DNA of 36,974 bases from a virus. The notes below the pieces were generated by a model. It searched no databases, had not been told where the DNA came from, and worked only from the letters and a program-made list of their open reading frames with translations. The translations under genes and the position numbers were made by a program. Location: IMG/VR virus record IMGVR_UViG_3300045988_122510, positions 1-36,974 of that record. One strand, given 5' to 3'. Positions 22,872 to 29,751 of this stretch are shown in pieces (the first letter of the stretch is position 1; each line of letters begins with the position of its first letter).

Positions 22872-23307
22872 AGAAATGTTGACAAAAATTATAGATAAGG
22901 GAAATATTGAAGATATGTATAAACTTAATGAAATGCTCGATGAACTTATTTGCGATTTAAAAGAACAAAAACCAAAGTTATATAAAGAATATAAAAAGCA
23001 ACTTTACGAATTAGCTTATGGTAATGTCATCTTGGAAGATAAAGCCATAGAAATTGTGGAGCATATGAAACCCTTTGGGGAGCACTATAACATGCAAGAT
23101 GCAAAAGAAATAAAAGAAGATTATTCCATCAAACATAATGTTAGTGATGTTTATTTAGTTGCTAATTCTTTATATAACGATTATCATGACTTGTTAGAAG
23201 ATAACGATGAAATGTATGCAAAAATGACAAAAATGTGGTTGAATGACACAGATGCGGTCGAAGATAAAACTTATTTATATTTTTGTAATATACCAAAAGA
23301 AGATTAA
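22861..23307 (+). CDS. hypothetical protein
   Basis: 148-aa ORF with SD AAAGGAGG. Confidence 0.55.
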   Translation: MKIKEMLTKIIDKGNIEDMYKLNEMLDELICDLKEQKPKLYKEYKKQLYELAYGNVILEDKAIEIVEHMKPFGEHYNMQDAKEIKEDYSIKHNVSDVYLVANSLYNDYHDLLEDNDEMYAKMTKMWLNDTDAVEDKTYLYFCNIPKED

Positions 23308-23319
23308 TTCTTCTTTAAT

Positions 23320-23396
23320 GGGTAGATACTCAAGTGGTCTAAGAGGCAAATCTGCAAAATTTGTATTCATGGGTTCGAATCCCATTCTGCCCTCCA
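23320..23396 (+). tRNA. tRNA-Cys (anticodon GCA) with an encoded CCA
   Basis: Hand-folded cloverleaf. Acceptor GGGTAGA/TCTGCCC. Anticodon stem CAAAT/ATTTG with loop CTGCAAA. T arm ATGGG-TTCGAAT-CCCAT. Discriminator U73, a Cys identity element. A13/A22 mismatch. Confidence 0.8.
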
Positions 23397-23432
23397 ATTT
23401 GATTTTTATGCGAAATTATGGTATATATAATG

Positions 23433-23574
23433 TAAGCAATACAATCAAATGAGTAATTTAATTAATTTTAGTATATGCAATTCAACCCTGCTTTCTTACT
23501 TTATTATGTTTTTTGTTTGAACTCCTTTCTTATCGGTATTGCTTAAGAACTTCTCCCTGAGGTTCTTTTTTTGT
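23433..23574 (+). ncRNA. candidate ~140-nt sRNA with CU-rich (anti-SD-like) segments
   Basis: An upstream TGgTATATA(AT) -10 at 23419-23431. Closing helix TAAGCAATAC (23433-23442) with GTATTGCTTA (23537-23546). Terminator hairpin 23546-23568 plus a T run. No ORF. Confidence 0.4.
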
Positions 23575-23609
23575 GTCTTTCAAAATATAAAAAAAGTATA
23601 AAAAAAGTA

Positions 23610-23639
23610 TTGACTTTTTGCTCAAAATGGGTATATAAT
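23610..23639 (+). promoter_or_regulatory. early-type promoter
   Basis: TTGACT, 18 nt, TATAAT, preceded by a duplicated AAAAAAAGTAT block. Confidence 0.55.
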
Positions 23640-23661
23640 TAAAATGGAAGGAGGGAAAGAA

Positions 23662-23853
23662 ATGAAATTAAAAAAATGGGTAAGAGTTGCGATCACTATA
23701 GTTTTATTTATTACTAGTATATTAATTTATTCAAAAACCAACGTATTGGGAACTTTAGCACAAGATAGTAATTTTTACCTAATTTTAGCCATTATGAGTT
23801 GGAGTTGGCTAATGTGTGGACAATTTGTTATCTACGAATTAATTTGGGAATAG
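23662..23853 (+). CDS. small membrane protein (2 TM)
   Basis: ATG 23662 follows GGAAGGAGGG. 63 aa. Confidence 0.55.
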   Translation: MKLKKWVRVAITIVLFITSILIYSKTNVLGTLAQDSNFYLILAIMSWSWLMCGQFVIYELIWE

Positions 23854-23867
23854 AAAAGGAATAAGAT

Positions 23868-24050
23868 ATGAAAAAAAGAGATATACAATTAAAATTAAAT
23901 GCTCTAGAAATTAGAGTAGATGCTTTAGAAAATATTGATTATATTAAAAGACTAGATAATTTGGAACAAATGGTTACTTTAAAAAAAGAAAATAAAAAGT
24001 TAAGAGAAAAAGTTAATGAATTAAAGGCTCTTTTGAAGGAACGAAAATGA
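23868..24050 (+). CDS. small coiled-coil protein
   Basis: 60 aa with KKENKKLREKVNELK. Confidence 0.5.
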   Translation: MKKRDIQLKLNALEIRVDALENIDYIKRLDNLEQMVTLKKENKKLREKVNELKALLKERK

Positions 24051-24238
24051 AAAAAATATATATAGATAGAAATGAATTTTTTGAAAAAAATTTTATAAAA
24101 TGTCCTAATTGTGGTTATCTTAATAGAAAAGAATCTGTAGCTAAATGGGGAACTTGTCTATCTTGCAAGATTGTGCTTGATAAGAAAGCTAAATTAAAAT
24201 TTGAATTAAGAGAAAGGAAAGTATTAAAATGGAAATAA
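24047..24238 (+). CDS. zinc-ribbon protein
   Basis: CPNCGYLN...x14...CLSCK. ATGA overlap. Confidence 0.55.
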   Translation: MKKIYIDRNEFFEKNFIKCPNCGYLNRKESVAKWGTCLSCKIVLDKKAKLKFELRERKVLKWK

Positions 24239-24393
24239 TAATTTATTATTTAATGATGATTATAGTTGTTCTTATAATTATATTATTCAAAAAAAATGAA
24301 AGGATTAGAATTTTAGAAAATAACTGGGAAGTATCTAAGGAAATAATAAGTTCTTACGATCCTGAATTTGCTAAATATGTAGAGAATAAATAA
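24229..24393 (+). CDS. small membrane protein (54 aa), not in the ORF track
   Basis: Translation is MEIIIYYLMMIIVVLIIILFKKNERIRILENNWEVSKEIISSYDPEFAKYVENK. It overlaps both neighbours. Confidence 0.4.
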   Translation: MEIIIYYLMMIIVVLIIILFKKNERIRILENNWEVSKEIISSYDPEFAKYVENK

Positions 24394-24488
24394 TGGATGA
24401 ATTAACAAGATTAAGAAATGAAGCAATAAAAAAAGAAAAAAATATATTAAATAATGCTCAAGACATACTTGAAGGAATGGGATTATAG
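24393..24488 (+). CDS. tiny ORF (31 aa), not in the ORF track
   Basis: TAATG coupling. Translation is MDELTRLRNEAIKKEKNILNNAQDILEGMGL. Confidence 0.3.
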   Translation: MDELTRLRNEAIKKEKNILNNAQDILEGMGL

Positions 24489-24504
24489 AAGGAAGGAAGC
24501 AAAA

Positions 24505-24675
24505 ATGAAAGTAAGAGTTTGTTATGATAACGGACACGATTATGAAGAATTTGAATATTTTAGTAAATATGACAGAATAAATGCAAGAGGTATCAAAGAT
24601 GAAATACTAAGCGAAATGTTTAGTAAATACGGAAGAAAGTATAAGATAGTAGATTTCTACAGAGTAGAAGATTAG
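24505..24675 (+). CDS. hypothetical small protein
   Basis: ATG 24505 follows GAAGGAAGGAAG. The track start at 24454 lacks an SD. Confidence 0.5.
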   Translation: MKVRVCYDNGHDYEEFEYFSKYDRINARGIKDEILSEMFSKYGRKYKIVDFYRVED

Positions 24676-24701
24676 AGTAGAAGATTAAGGAGAAATGAAA
24701 A

Positions 24702-24938
24702 ATGAATTATACAAGCATTGATAAAAAATTATATGATAAGATAGAAAAACTTACAGCAACATCATTCGGAGGCTTTTGTAGAGAAGATGAAATGTTAATA
24801 AAAAATGAAGATTTAATAGAAATGCTAGAAAATTTAGCAGTAGAGGTAGAAATCAGACAAGAGCAGTATGATAATTTAAAGCAAGATTTACAAGATAATT
24901 ATAGACCGTTGACACCGAGCGAAATGGGGTGGGAATAA
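24702..24938 (+). CDS. hypothetical small acidic protein
   Basis: 78 aa with SD AAGGAG. Confidence 0.55.
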   Translation: MNYTSIDKKLYDKIEKLTATSFGGFCREDEMLIKNEDLIEMLENLAVEVEIRQEQYDNLKQDLQDNYRPLTPSEMGWE

Positions 24939-25363
24939 TGAATCCATTGAAAGAATTTCGAAGAAAAAAACATTTATCTCAACAAGAGATGAGTGATACT
25001 TTAGGAATAACAGTTCGTTCCTATAGAAATTATGAATATGGAAATCGTCAAATACCATATGACATTTTAGCTAAGTTTTTATATATGAGAAATGAATTGG
25101 ATGATAGAAAATTAGCAAAAATATTGGATGAGATAAGTAATGATAATAAAATAATAGCTTTAATAGATGACAATAATGCCAAACCAAACATAGTGGAAGA
25201 ACTAAAGAAGGAAAACGAGAAATTACTTAAAGCTAATACTAAATTGTCTGATAAAAATGTTGAAATAAAGGATGATATAATTTTTATTGGTAAATATTTA
25301 AAAGATAAAATTAAAAAGCCTAGCGATGAAATAAAAGGCATTTTAAATAAATATTATATCTAG
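24938..25363 (+). CDS. XRE-family HTH protein with a coiled-coil C-terminus
   Basis: LKEFRRKKHLSQQEMSDTLGITVRSYRNYEYGNRQIP is a classic HTH_3 motif. Confidence 0.75.
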   Translation: MNPLKEFRRKKHLSQQEMSDTLGITVRSYRNYEYGNRQIPYDILAKFLYMRNELDDRKLAKILDEISNDNKIIALIDDNNAKPNIVEELKKENEKLLKANTKLSDKNVEIKDDIIFIGKYLKDKIKKPSDEIKGILNKYYI

Positions 25364-25373
25364 GAGTAATAAA

Positions 25374-25547
25374 ATGAAGAAAAATTTTGCAATATGCCTG
25401 CTTATTTTACTGCTTATAATTGTTTTTGTCAATTATTTGGGTGTTAAAAAGAGAAATGACGATTTGATAGACTTCAATAATCAACTATCTCGTTATATTG
25501 AAGAGCTAACCAAAAAATACGATTATGAAATACAAAAAAAGTATTGA
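25374..25547 (+). CDS. small membrane-anchored protein (57 aa), not in the ORF track
   Basis: SD TAGGAG upstream. Translation starts MKKNFAICLLILLLIIVFVNYLG... Confidence 0.45.
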   Translation: MKKNFAICLLILLLIIVFVNYLGVKKRNDDLIDFNNQLSRYIEELTKKYDYEIQKKY

Positions 25548-25572
25548 ATATGTATAAAAAATATAGTATAAT
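25544..25572 (+). promoter_or_regulatory. sigma-A type promoter
   Basis: TTGAAT, 17 nt, TATAAT, preceded by AAAAAAAGTA as at 23600. Confidence 0.6.
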
Positions 25573-25595
25573 ATATGACAAGAAGGAGGGATAAA

Positions 25596-25712
25596 ATGAT
25601 ACATATTAAAATTGATGAAGAATTGAAAAAAGAACTTGTATCCGAAGCAAAAGCAAGAGGTCTTTCATTAAATGCTTACATTAGAATGCTTTTAATTGAA
25701 AGGAATAAGTAA
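25596..25712 (+). CDS. ribbon-helix-helix (CopG/Arc-like) protein, 38 aa, not in the ORF track
   Basis: SD GAAGGAGGG upstream. MIHIKIDEELKKELVSEAKARGLSLNAYIRMLLIERNK fits a beta-strand plus two helices. Confidence 0.6.
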   Translation: MIHIKIDEELKKELVSEAKARGLSLNAYIRMLLIERNK

Positions 25713-25713
25713 A

Positions 25714-27129
25714 ATGACACTTGAAGAAGTTAAACGAGAATTAAAAGTGTTTGATAAGTTTACATTTTTTGAAGAAGACCATCATTATGAATGCAATGGC
25801 AAAAAAGTAGGTATTAGTGTTACGAGATTAATTGAAGAATATAGCAATCCGTTTAACCAACAAGCAATTGCCGAAAAAGTAGCAACGAGAGATAATAAAG
25901 ATGTTACTCAAGTTTTGCAAGAATGGGAATATAAAAATAAATTCGCATGTGAAAAAGGCCATTTTGGGCATGAATTTGCACAAAGTTTATGGAGTAATGC
26001 AATTTATCAAGAAAACATAAAAAGTGGCTTAGAAGGCGCAAAAATACCTTTAAATAAGATAAAACAACAAGCGATAAACTTTTATAATGATTTTAAGGGC
26101 AAATTTACACATATTCGAGATGAACAACTTGTTGGAAGCGAAGAATATAATATCTGCTCGGCAATAGATCATTTATTTTTAGATAAAGATGACAAAGTTT
26201 GGTTGATAGATTATAAAACAAATAGCATTCTTAAAGGTTACAATGATGATGAGAAAAATCGAAAATACACTAAAAAAATGCTTATACCATTACAAAATTT
26301 AAAAGATGATGCACTTCATCACTATTATTTACAATTGAGCATTTATAAATATCTCGTTGAAAAATACACGAATATTAAAATTTATAAAACAATGATTGTT
26401 TATATGAGTGAAAATATTAAAAAATATGAGCTTATTGAAACACCATTTCTTGAAAAAGAAGTGAAAAAAATATTAGAATTAAGGAGGGCTAATAAAATGG
26501 CTAAAATGATTTTGGTTATGGGAGAACCAGCGAGTGGTAAAACAGTATCACTTAGAAATATACCCAAAAACGAATTATATTACATAGATTGTGATAAAAA
26601 AGGACTTAATTATAAAGGCTGGAAAAATGATTTTAATGAAGAAAATAAAAATTATTTTAAAACCAATGATGGAGAATTAATTGCAAAATGTATGCAAGGA
26701 ATTAGTGAAAAAAGAGAAGATATTCACTATATAGTTATTGATACTATCAATTCAATAATGATTGCTGATGAAATGAGAAGAAGCAAAGACAAAAACTTTG
26801 ATAAATGGATTGATTTAGCAAGTTGTATATTCAATTTGGTAAATATTGTTCCAGATTTAAGAGATGATATAACAGTTATCTTTATAGGACATACGCAAAC
26901 TGATGATGAGGGATTTACAAGATTATTAACAAATGGTAAAAAATTAAATAAAATTGGTCTTGAAAAATACTTTGATACAGTTTTAATTGCTAAAAATAAT
27001 GATGGAAAATATGTTTTTGAAACTAAATCTCCAAACAGCACAGCAAGAACACCTATGGGAAGTTATGATGATGAAGAATATATTGATAATGACTTATATG
27101 AAGTTATTAAAACATTGAAAGAATATTAA
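25714..27129 (+). CDS. fusion of a RecB-family PD-(D/E)XK nuclease domain and a Sak4-like (AAA_24) recombination ATPase
   Basis: N-terminal half: AIDHLFLD...VWLIDYKT...YYLQLSIYKY (D, (D/E)xK and QxxxY motifs). C-terminal half: ILVMGEPASGKT (Walker A) and YIVIDTINS (Walker B). Confidence 0.7.
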   Translation: MTLEEVKRELKVFDKFTFFEEDHHYECNGKKVGISVTRLIEEYSNPFNQQAIAEKVATRDNKDVTQVLQEWEYKNKFACEKGHFGHEFAQSLWSNAIYQENIKSGLEGAKIPLNKIKQQAINFYNDFKGKFTHIRDEQLVGSEEYNICSAIDHLFLDKDDKVWLIDYKTNSILKGYNDDEKNRKYTKKMLIPLQNLKDDALHHYYLQLSIYKYLVEKYTNIKIYKTMIVYMSENIKKYELIETPFLEKEVKKILELRRANKMAKMILVMGEPASGKTVSLRNIPKNELYYIDCDKKGLNYKGWKNDFNEENKNYFKTNDGELIAKCMQGISEKREDIHYIVIDTINSIMIADEMRRSKDKNFDKWIDLASCIFNLVNIVPDLRDDITVIFIGHTQTDDEGFTRLLTNGKKLNKIGLEKYFDTVLIAKNNDGKYVFETKSPNSTARTPMGSYDDEEYIDNDLYEVIKTLKEY

Positions 27130-27159
27130 AAACACAAAATAAAAAAATAAAAAAGAAAG

Positions 27160-27417
27160 ATGAGGAAAAAAAAACAAATGAATGATTTTGGATTAGAAAT
27201 AAAAAAGGAAGAATACGATTATCTTAAATGGATTGAGCATGAATACGCCAATTTAAATAATGAAGTTGAAAAAATGATTAAAGATGCTGACACTTTGCTT
27301 TCTGGTGAAGATTTGTATCTTGACAATGCTAAAGTTAATGCAATTTTAAAGAGATATTTTGAAGAAGAATATTATGGAAAAATTTTTGAATTAAAAGAAA
27401 AAAAGGAGACTAAATAA
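27160..27417 (+). CDS. hypothetical small protein
   Basis: 85-aa ORF. The alternative ATG at 27178 is also possible. Confidence 0.5.
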   Translation: MRKKKQMNDFGLEIKKEEYDYLKWIEHEYANLNNEVEKMIKDADTLLSGEDLYLDNAKVNAILKRYFEEEYYGKIFELKEKKETK

Positions 27418-28022
27418 TGATAGCAAAGCCAAATAGATATGATGAAGTTGAAATCGTGGAATTTGATTATGAACCAATAATTTTAGGTGGACATAAAGGT
27501 ATAATAAAAAATGTAGAAGAATATATAAGTGAGCAAAGTGGTAAGAAGAGCTTAAAAGTTTATGTAGATATGGCTGGGGATGATATTCAGCAAAGTTACT
27601 TTACTTATCAATATAAAAATGACACACGTCCAGATAGAAAATGGTCTAATCAAGCGATTAAATATGTTTCTTTGGGCGAAGAAGAAAATCAGATAAGAAT
27701 GCTAAAAGGATTTTTAACAGCTTATGAAAATTCCAACAATTGTAAGTTTGACTGGAATGGTGAGTGGAATCAGTTAAAAAATAAGAGAATAGGTTTAGTA
27801 TTTGGATTAGAGGAATACTATAATCAAAGTAACGAATTAAAAACAACCACAAGATTAAGAGACTTTAGAAGTATTGACAAAGTTGAAAACATAAAAATTC
27901 CAAAAGTAAAATTAGTAGAAGGTACTTACGTTGATTATGAAGAATATATAAATGCACAAAAAAATCAACCAAATCAAAAAAATAATTCTAACAATGATAA
28001 AAGTTATGAATTACCGTTTTAA
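27417..28022 (+). CDS. candidate ssDNA-binding protein (partner of Sak4)
   Basis: It lies directly after Sak4. It has a Q/N-rich linker and an SSB-like C-terminal tip, ...DKSYELPF. Confidence 0.5.
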   Translation: MIAKPNRYDEVEIVEFDYEPIILGGHKGIIKNVEEYISEQSGKKSLKVYVDMAGDDIQQSYFTYQYKNDTRPDRKWSNQAIKYVSLGEEENQIRMLKGFLTAYENSNNCKFDWNGEWNQLKNKRIGLVFGLEEYYNQSNELKTTTRLRDFRSIDKVENIKIPKVKLVEGTYVDYEEYINAQKNQPNQKNNSNNDKSYELPF

Positions 28023-28050
28023 AAAAGAGCAAAAACAAGCTCTTTTTTAT
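28021..28050. terminator. intrinsic terminator (A-tract / stem / T-tract)
   Basis: AAAAAAGAGC-aaaaacaa-GCTCTTTTTT. Confidence 0.65.
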
Positions 28051-28308
28051 TAACTAAAAATATAAAAAAACAGTGATTATAGTAAACGCTCTTTTAAAGC
28101 ACTGTAAAGGGCTCATTTAGCCACAAAAGTAATCTGATGATAAATTATACTAAAAACAAGAAAAAAGCCGTATTTTGCCTATTTTTGAACGAAAACAAGG
28201 GTACTTAAGATAAAAATTACTGTTTAAAAACAAAACCGATAATTTTCAAAAATAAAAAATGTTTTTTTATTTTACAAAAAGCCTTATAATTAAACTAGGA
28301 GGCAAGAT

Positions 28309-28578
28309 ATGATTTATAAACTTTACAAAGATAGTGGAAGAGGCTATCAGAATAAGGGAATTTACACGAAAGAAGAGATTATAGTAAGTCTAGACTACAC
28401 GATCATTAAAGAAGAATTTAAGGGTAGAATATTGGTTGTAGAATGGAATCGAAAAGATAATATTGAGTTTCCAGCATTATTATACACAGGGGACATTAAA
28501 CAATATGAAAAATTTAGAAGTTATCTTACTAATGAGAAAATTCCACGCAAAACACAATGGGTTAAGGTTAAAAAATAA
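28309..28578 (+). CDS. hypothetical protein
   Basis: 89 aa with SD TAGGAGG. Confidence 0.55.
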   Translation: MIYKLYKDSGRGYQNKGIYTKEEIIVSLDYTIIKEEFKGRILVVEWNRKDNIEFPALLYTGDIKQYEKFRSYLTNEKIPRKTQWVKVKK

Positions 28579-28602
28579 TCTTAACTTTTTTTTATTCGAC
28601 AA

Positions 28603-28646
28603 ATACCAGTGGTACAAGTGGTATACCCAAAATACCAATGGTTACC
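28603..28646. promoter_or_regulatory. cluster of three dyad-symmetric TACC/GGTA sites (operator or iteron-like)
   Basis: TACCAgTGGTA (28604-28614), the palindrome GGTATACC (28620-28627), and TACCAaTGGTT (28633-28643), just upstream of the -35 element at 28674. Confidence 0.45.
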
Positions 28647-28673
28647 AAAAAACAAAAAAAGTGAAGAAAAAGC

Positions 28674-28702
28674 TTGACTTTTTAAAATAAAATAATTATT
28701 AT
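28674..28702 (+). promoter_or_regulatory. sigma-A type promoter
   Basis: TTGACT, 17 nt, TATTAT. Confidence 0.5.
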
Positions 28703-28724
28703 TTTACTAGAAGGAGGTTAAAAA

Positions 28725-28937
28725 ATGTATTGGTTCAAAGAGAGCGAAAAAGCTAAAGTTCTTCAAGGACGTACAATTAAATATTTAGCGGAAAATAAAC
28801 TTTTTGTAAATAAAGATTATTTATGCCAAATCCTCGGTGGTAAAAGAGGATGCTCAAAATTGCTAGCATATAACATAACTAACTGTATTTGTTGGAATGC
28901 TAAAATTGAAGAATATTTCATTAAGAAGGAGAATTAA
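28725..28937 (+). CDS. small putative DNA-binding protein
   Basis: 70 aa with SD GAAGGAGG. RTIKYLAENKLFVNKDYLCQILGG is HTH-like. Confidence 0.45.
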   Translation: MYWFKESEKAKVLQGRTIKYLAENKLFVNKDYLCQILGGKRGCSKLLAYNITNCICWNAKIEEYFIKKEN

Positions 28938-29654
28938 ATGGAAAAAGAGAGTTTTGTATTTTATAGGTCTTTTTATACAGCTATCTCAAAAGTAGCCGAT
29001 AAAGAATTGAGAGCTAATATATATGAAGCAATATGCGAGTTAGCTTTAAATGAAAGAGAAACCGACATAGAAGACGGAATTGGTAGTATTATCATGGATT
29101 TAATAAGACCACAAATAATTGCAAATAATGAAAGATATATTAATGGTAAAAAAGGCGGAAGGCCTTCAAAAAAAACCATAGGTTTAGAAGAAAAAAACCA
29201 TAGGTTTTTAAAAAAAGAAACCATAGGGTGTGAAAATAAAAAACCTAATGTAAATGAAAATGTAAATGTAAATGTAAATGTAAATGATAATAAAAAGAAA
29301 AATATTAAAAAGAAAAAAAACGAATATGGAAAGTTTGGAAGAGTTAAATTAACTTCGGAAGAATATGAGAAATTGATAAAAGATTATGATGAAAAATTAA
29401 TAACTAATCAAATAAACTTGCTTGATGAATATGTCGAAAGTAATAATAACAAAAACAAATATACAAACTTTAATTTAGTGTTAAGGAAATCAATTAGAGA
29501 AAATTGGTTTGACAGAATTAAAAAGAAAGAATCGAGCAAAGAACCTGACTGGTTTGACAAGAATAATGAAAATGAAGAACTTACAGACACAGAAAAACAA
29601 GAGATGAGCGATTTACTTAATGATTTTAAAAAAAACGTCAGAAACGGCTTTTGA
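28938..29654 (+). CDS. replisome organiser / replication initiator-like protein
   Basis: N-terminus ESFVFYRSFYTAISKVADKELRANIYEAICELALNE and NGKKGGRPSKK are typical of Firmicute phage replication organisers. It contains internal DNA repeats. Confidence 0.55.
   Translation: MEKESFVFYRSFYTAISKVADKELRANIYEAICELALNERETDIEDGIGSIIMDLIRPQIIANNERYINGKKGGRPSKKTIGLEEKNHRFLKKETIGCENKKPNVNENVNVNVNVNDNKKKNIKKKKNEYGKFGRVKLTSEEYEKLIKDYDEKLITNQINLLDEYVESNNNKNKYTNFNLVLRKSIRENWFDRIKKKESSKEPDWFDKNNENEELTDTEKQEMSDLLNDFKKNVRNGF
29170..29288. repeat. iterons plus a hexamer tandem repeat inside the organiser gene (candidate ori)
   Basis: AAACCATAGG(T/G)T occurs three times, with CCATAGG at 29176, 29198 and 29221 (spacings of 22 and 23 bp). 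This is followed by 7 units of (AATGTA/AATGAA/AATGAT) at 29247-29288. Confidence 0.5.
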
Positions 29655-29751
29655 AACGACAAAATATCGTTTGGAGTGTAATTATATTCAAAATGTATAA
29701 AACAGGGCTATACATAGCTAAAAATTAGCAAATAAGGGGGCAATAAAAGAA

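Noticed and set aside
23243-23452. A 69-aa + strand ORF.
   Set aside because: It overlaps the end of the upstream gene and runs straight through a complete tRNA-Cys cloverleaf (23320-23396). It has no SD.
28463-28690. A 75-aa ORF spanning the end of gene 28309 and the following intergenic region.
   Set aside because: It has no SD and overlaps the upstream gene out of frame. Its distal half is made of the TACC/GGTA dyad cluster and the promoter. A regulatory DNA reading fits better.
29247-29288. The hexamer tandem repeat as a CRISPR-like or non-coding satellite array.
   Set aside because: The units are 6 nt with no spacers. The tract stays in frame inside the organiser gene and encodes NVNENVNVNVNVND. 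It is treated instead as part of a candidate origin or a microsatellite.
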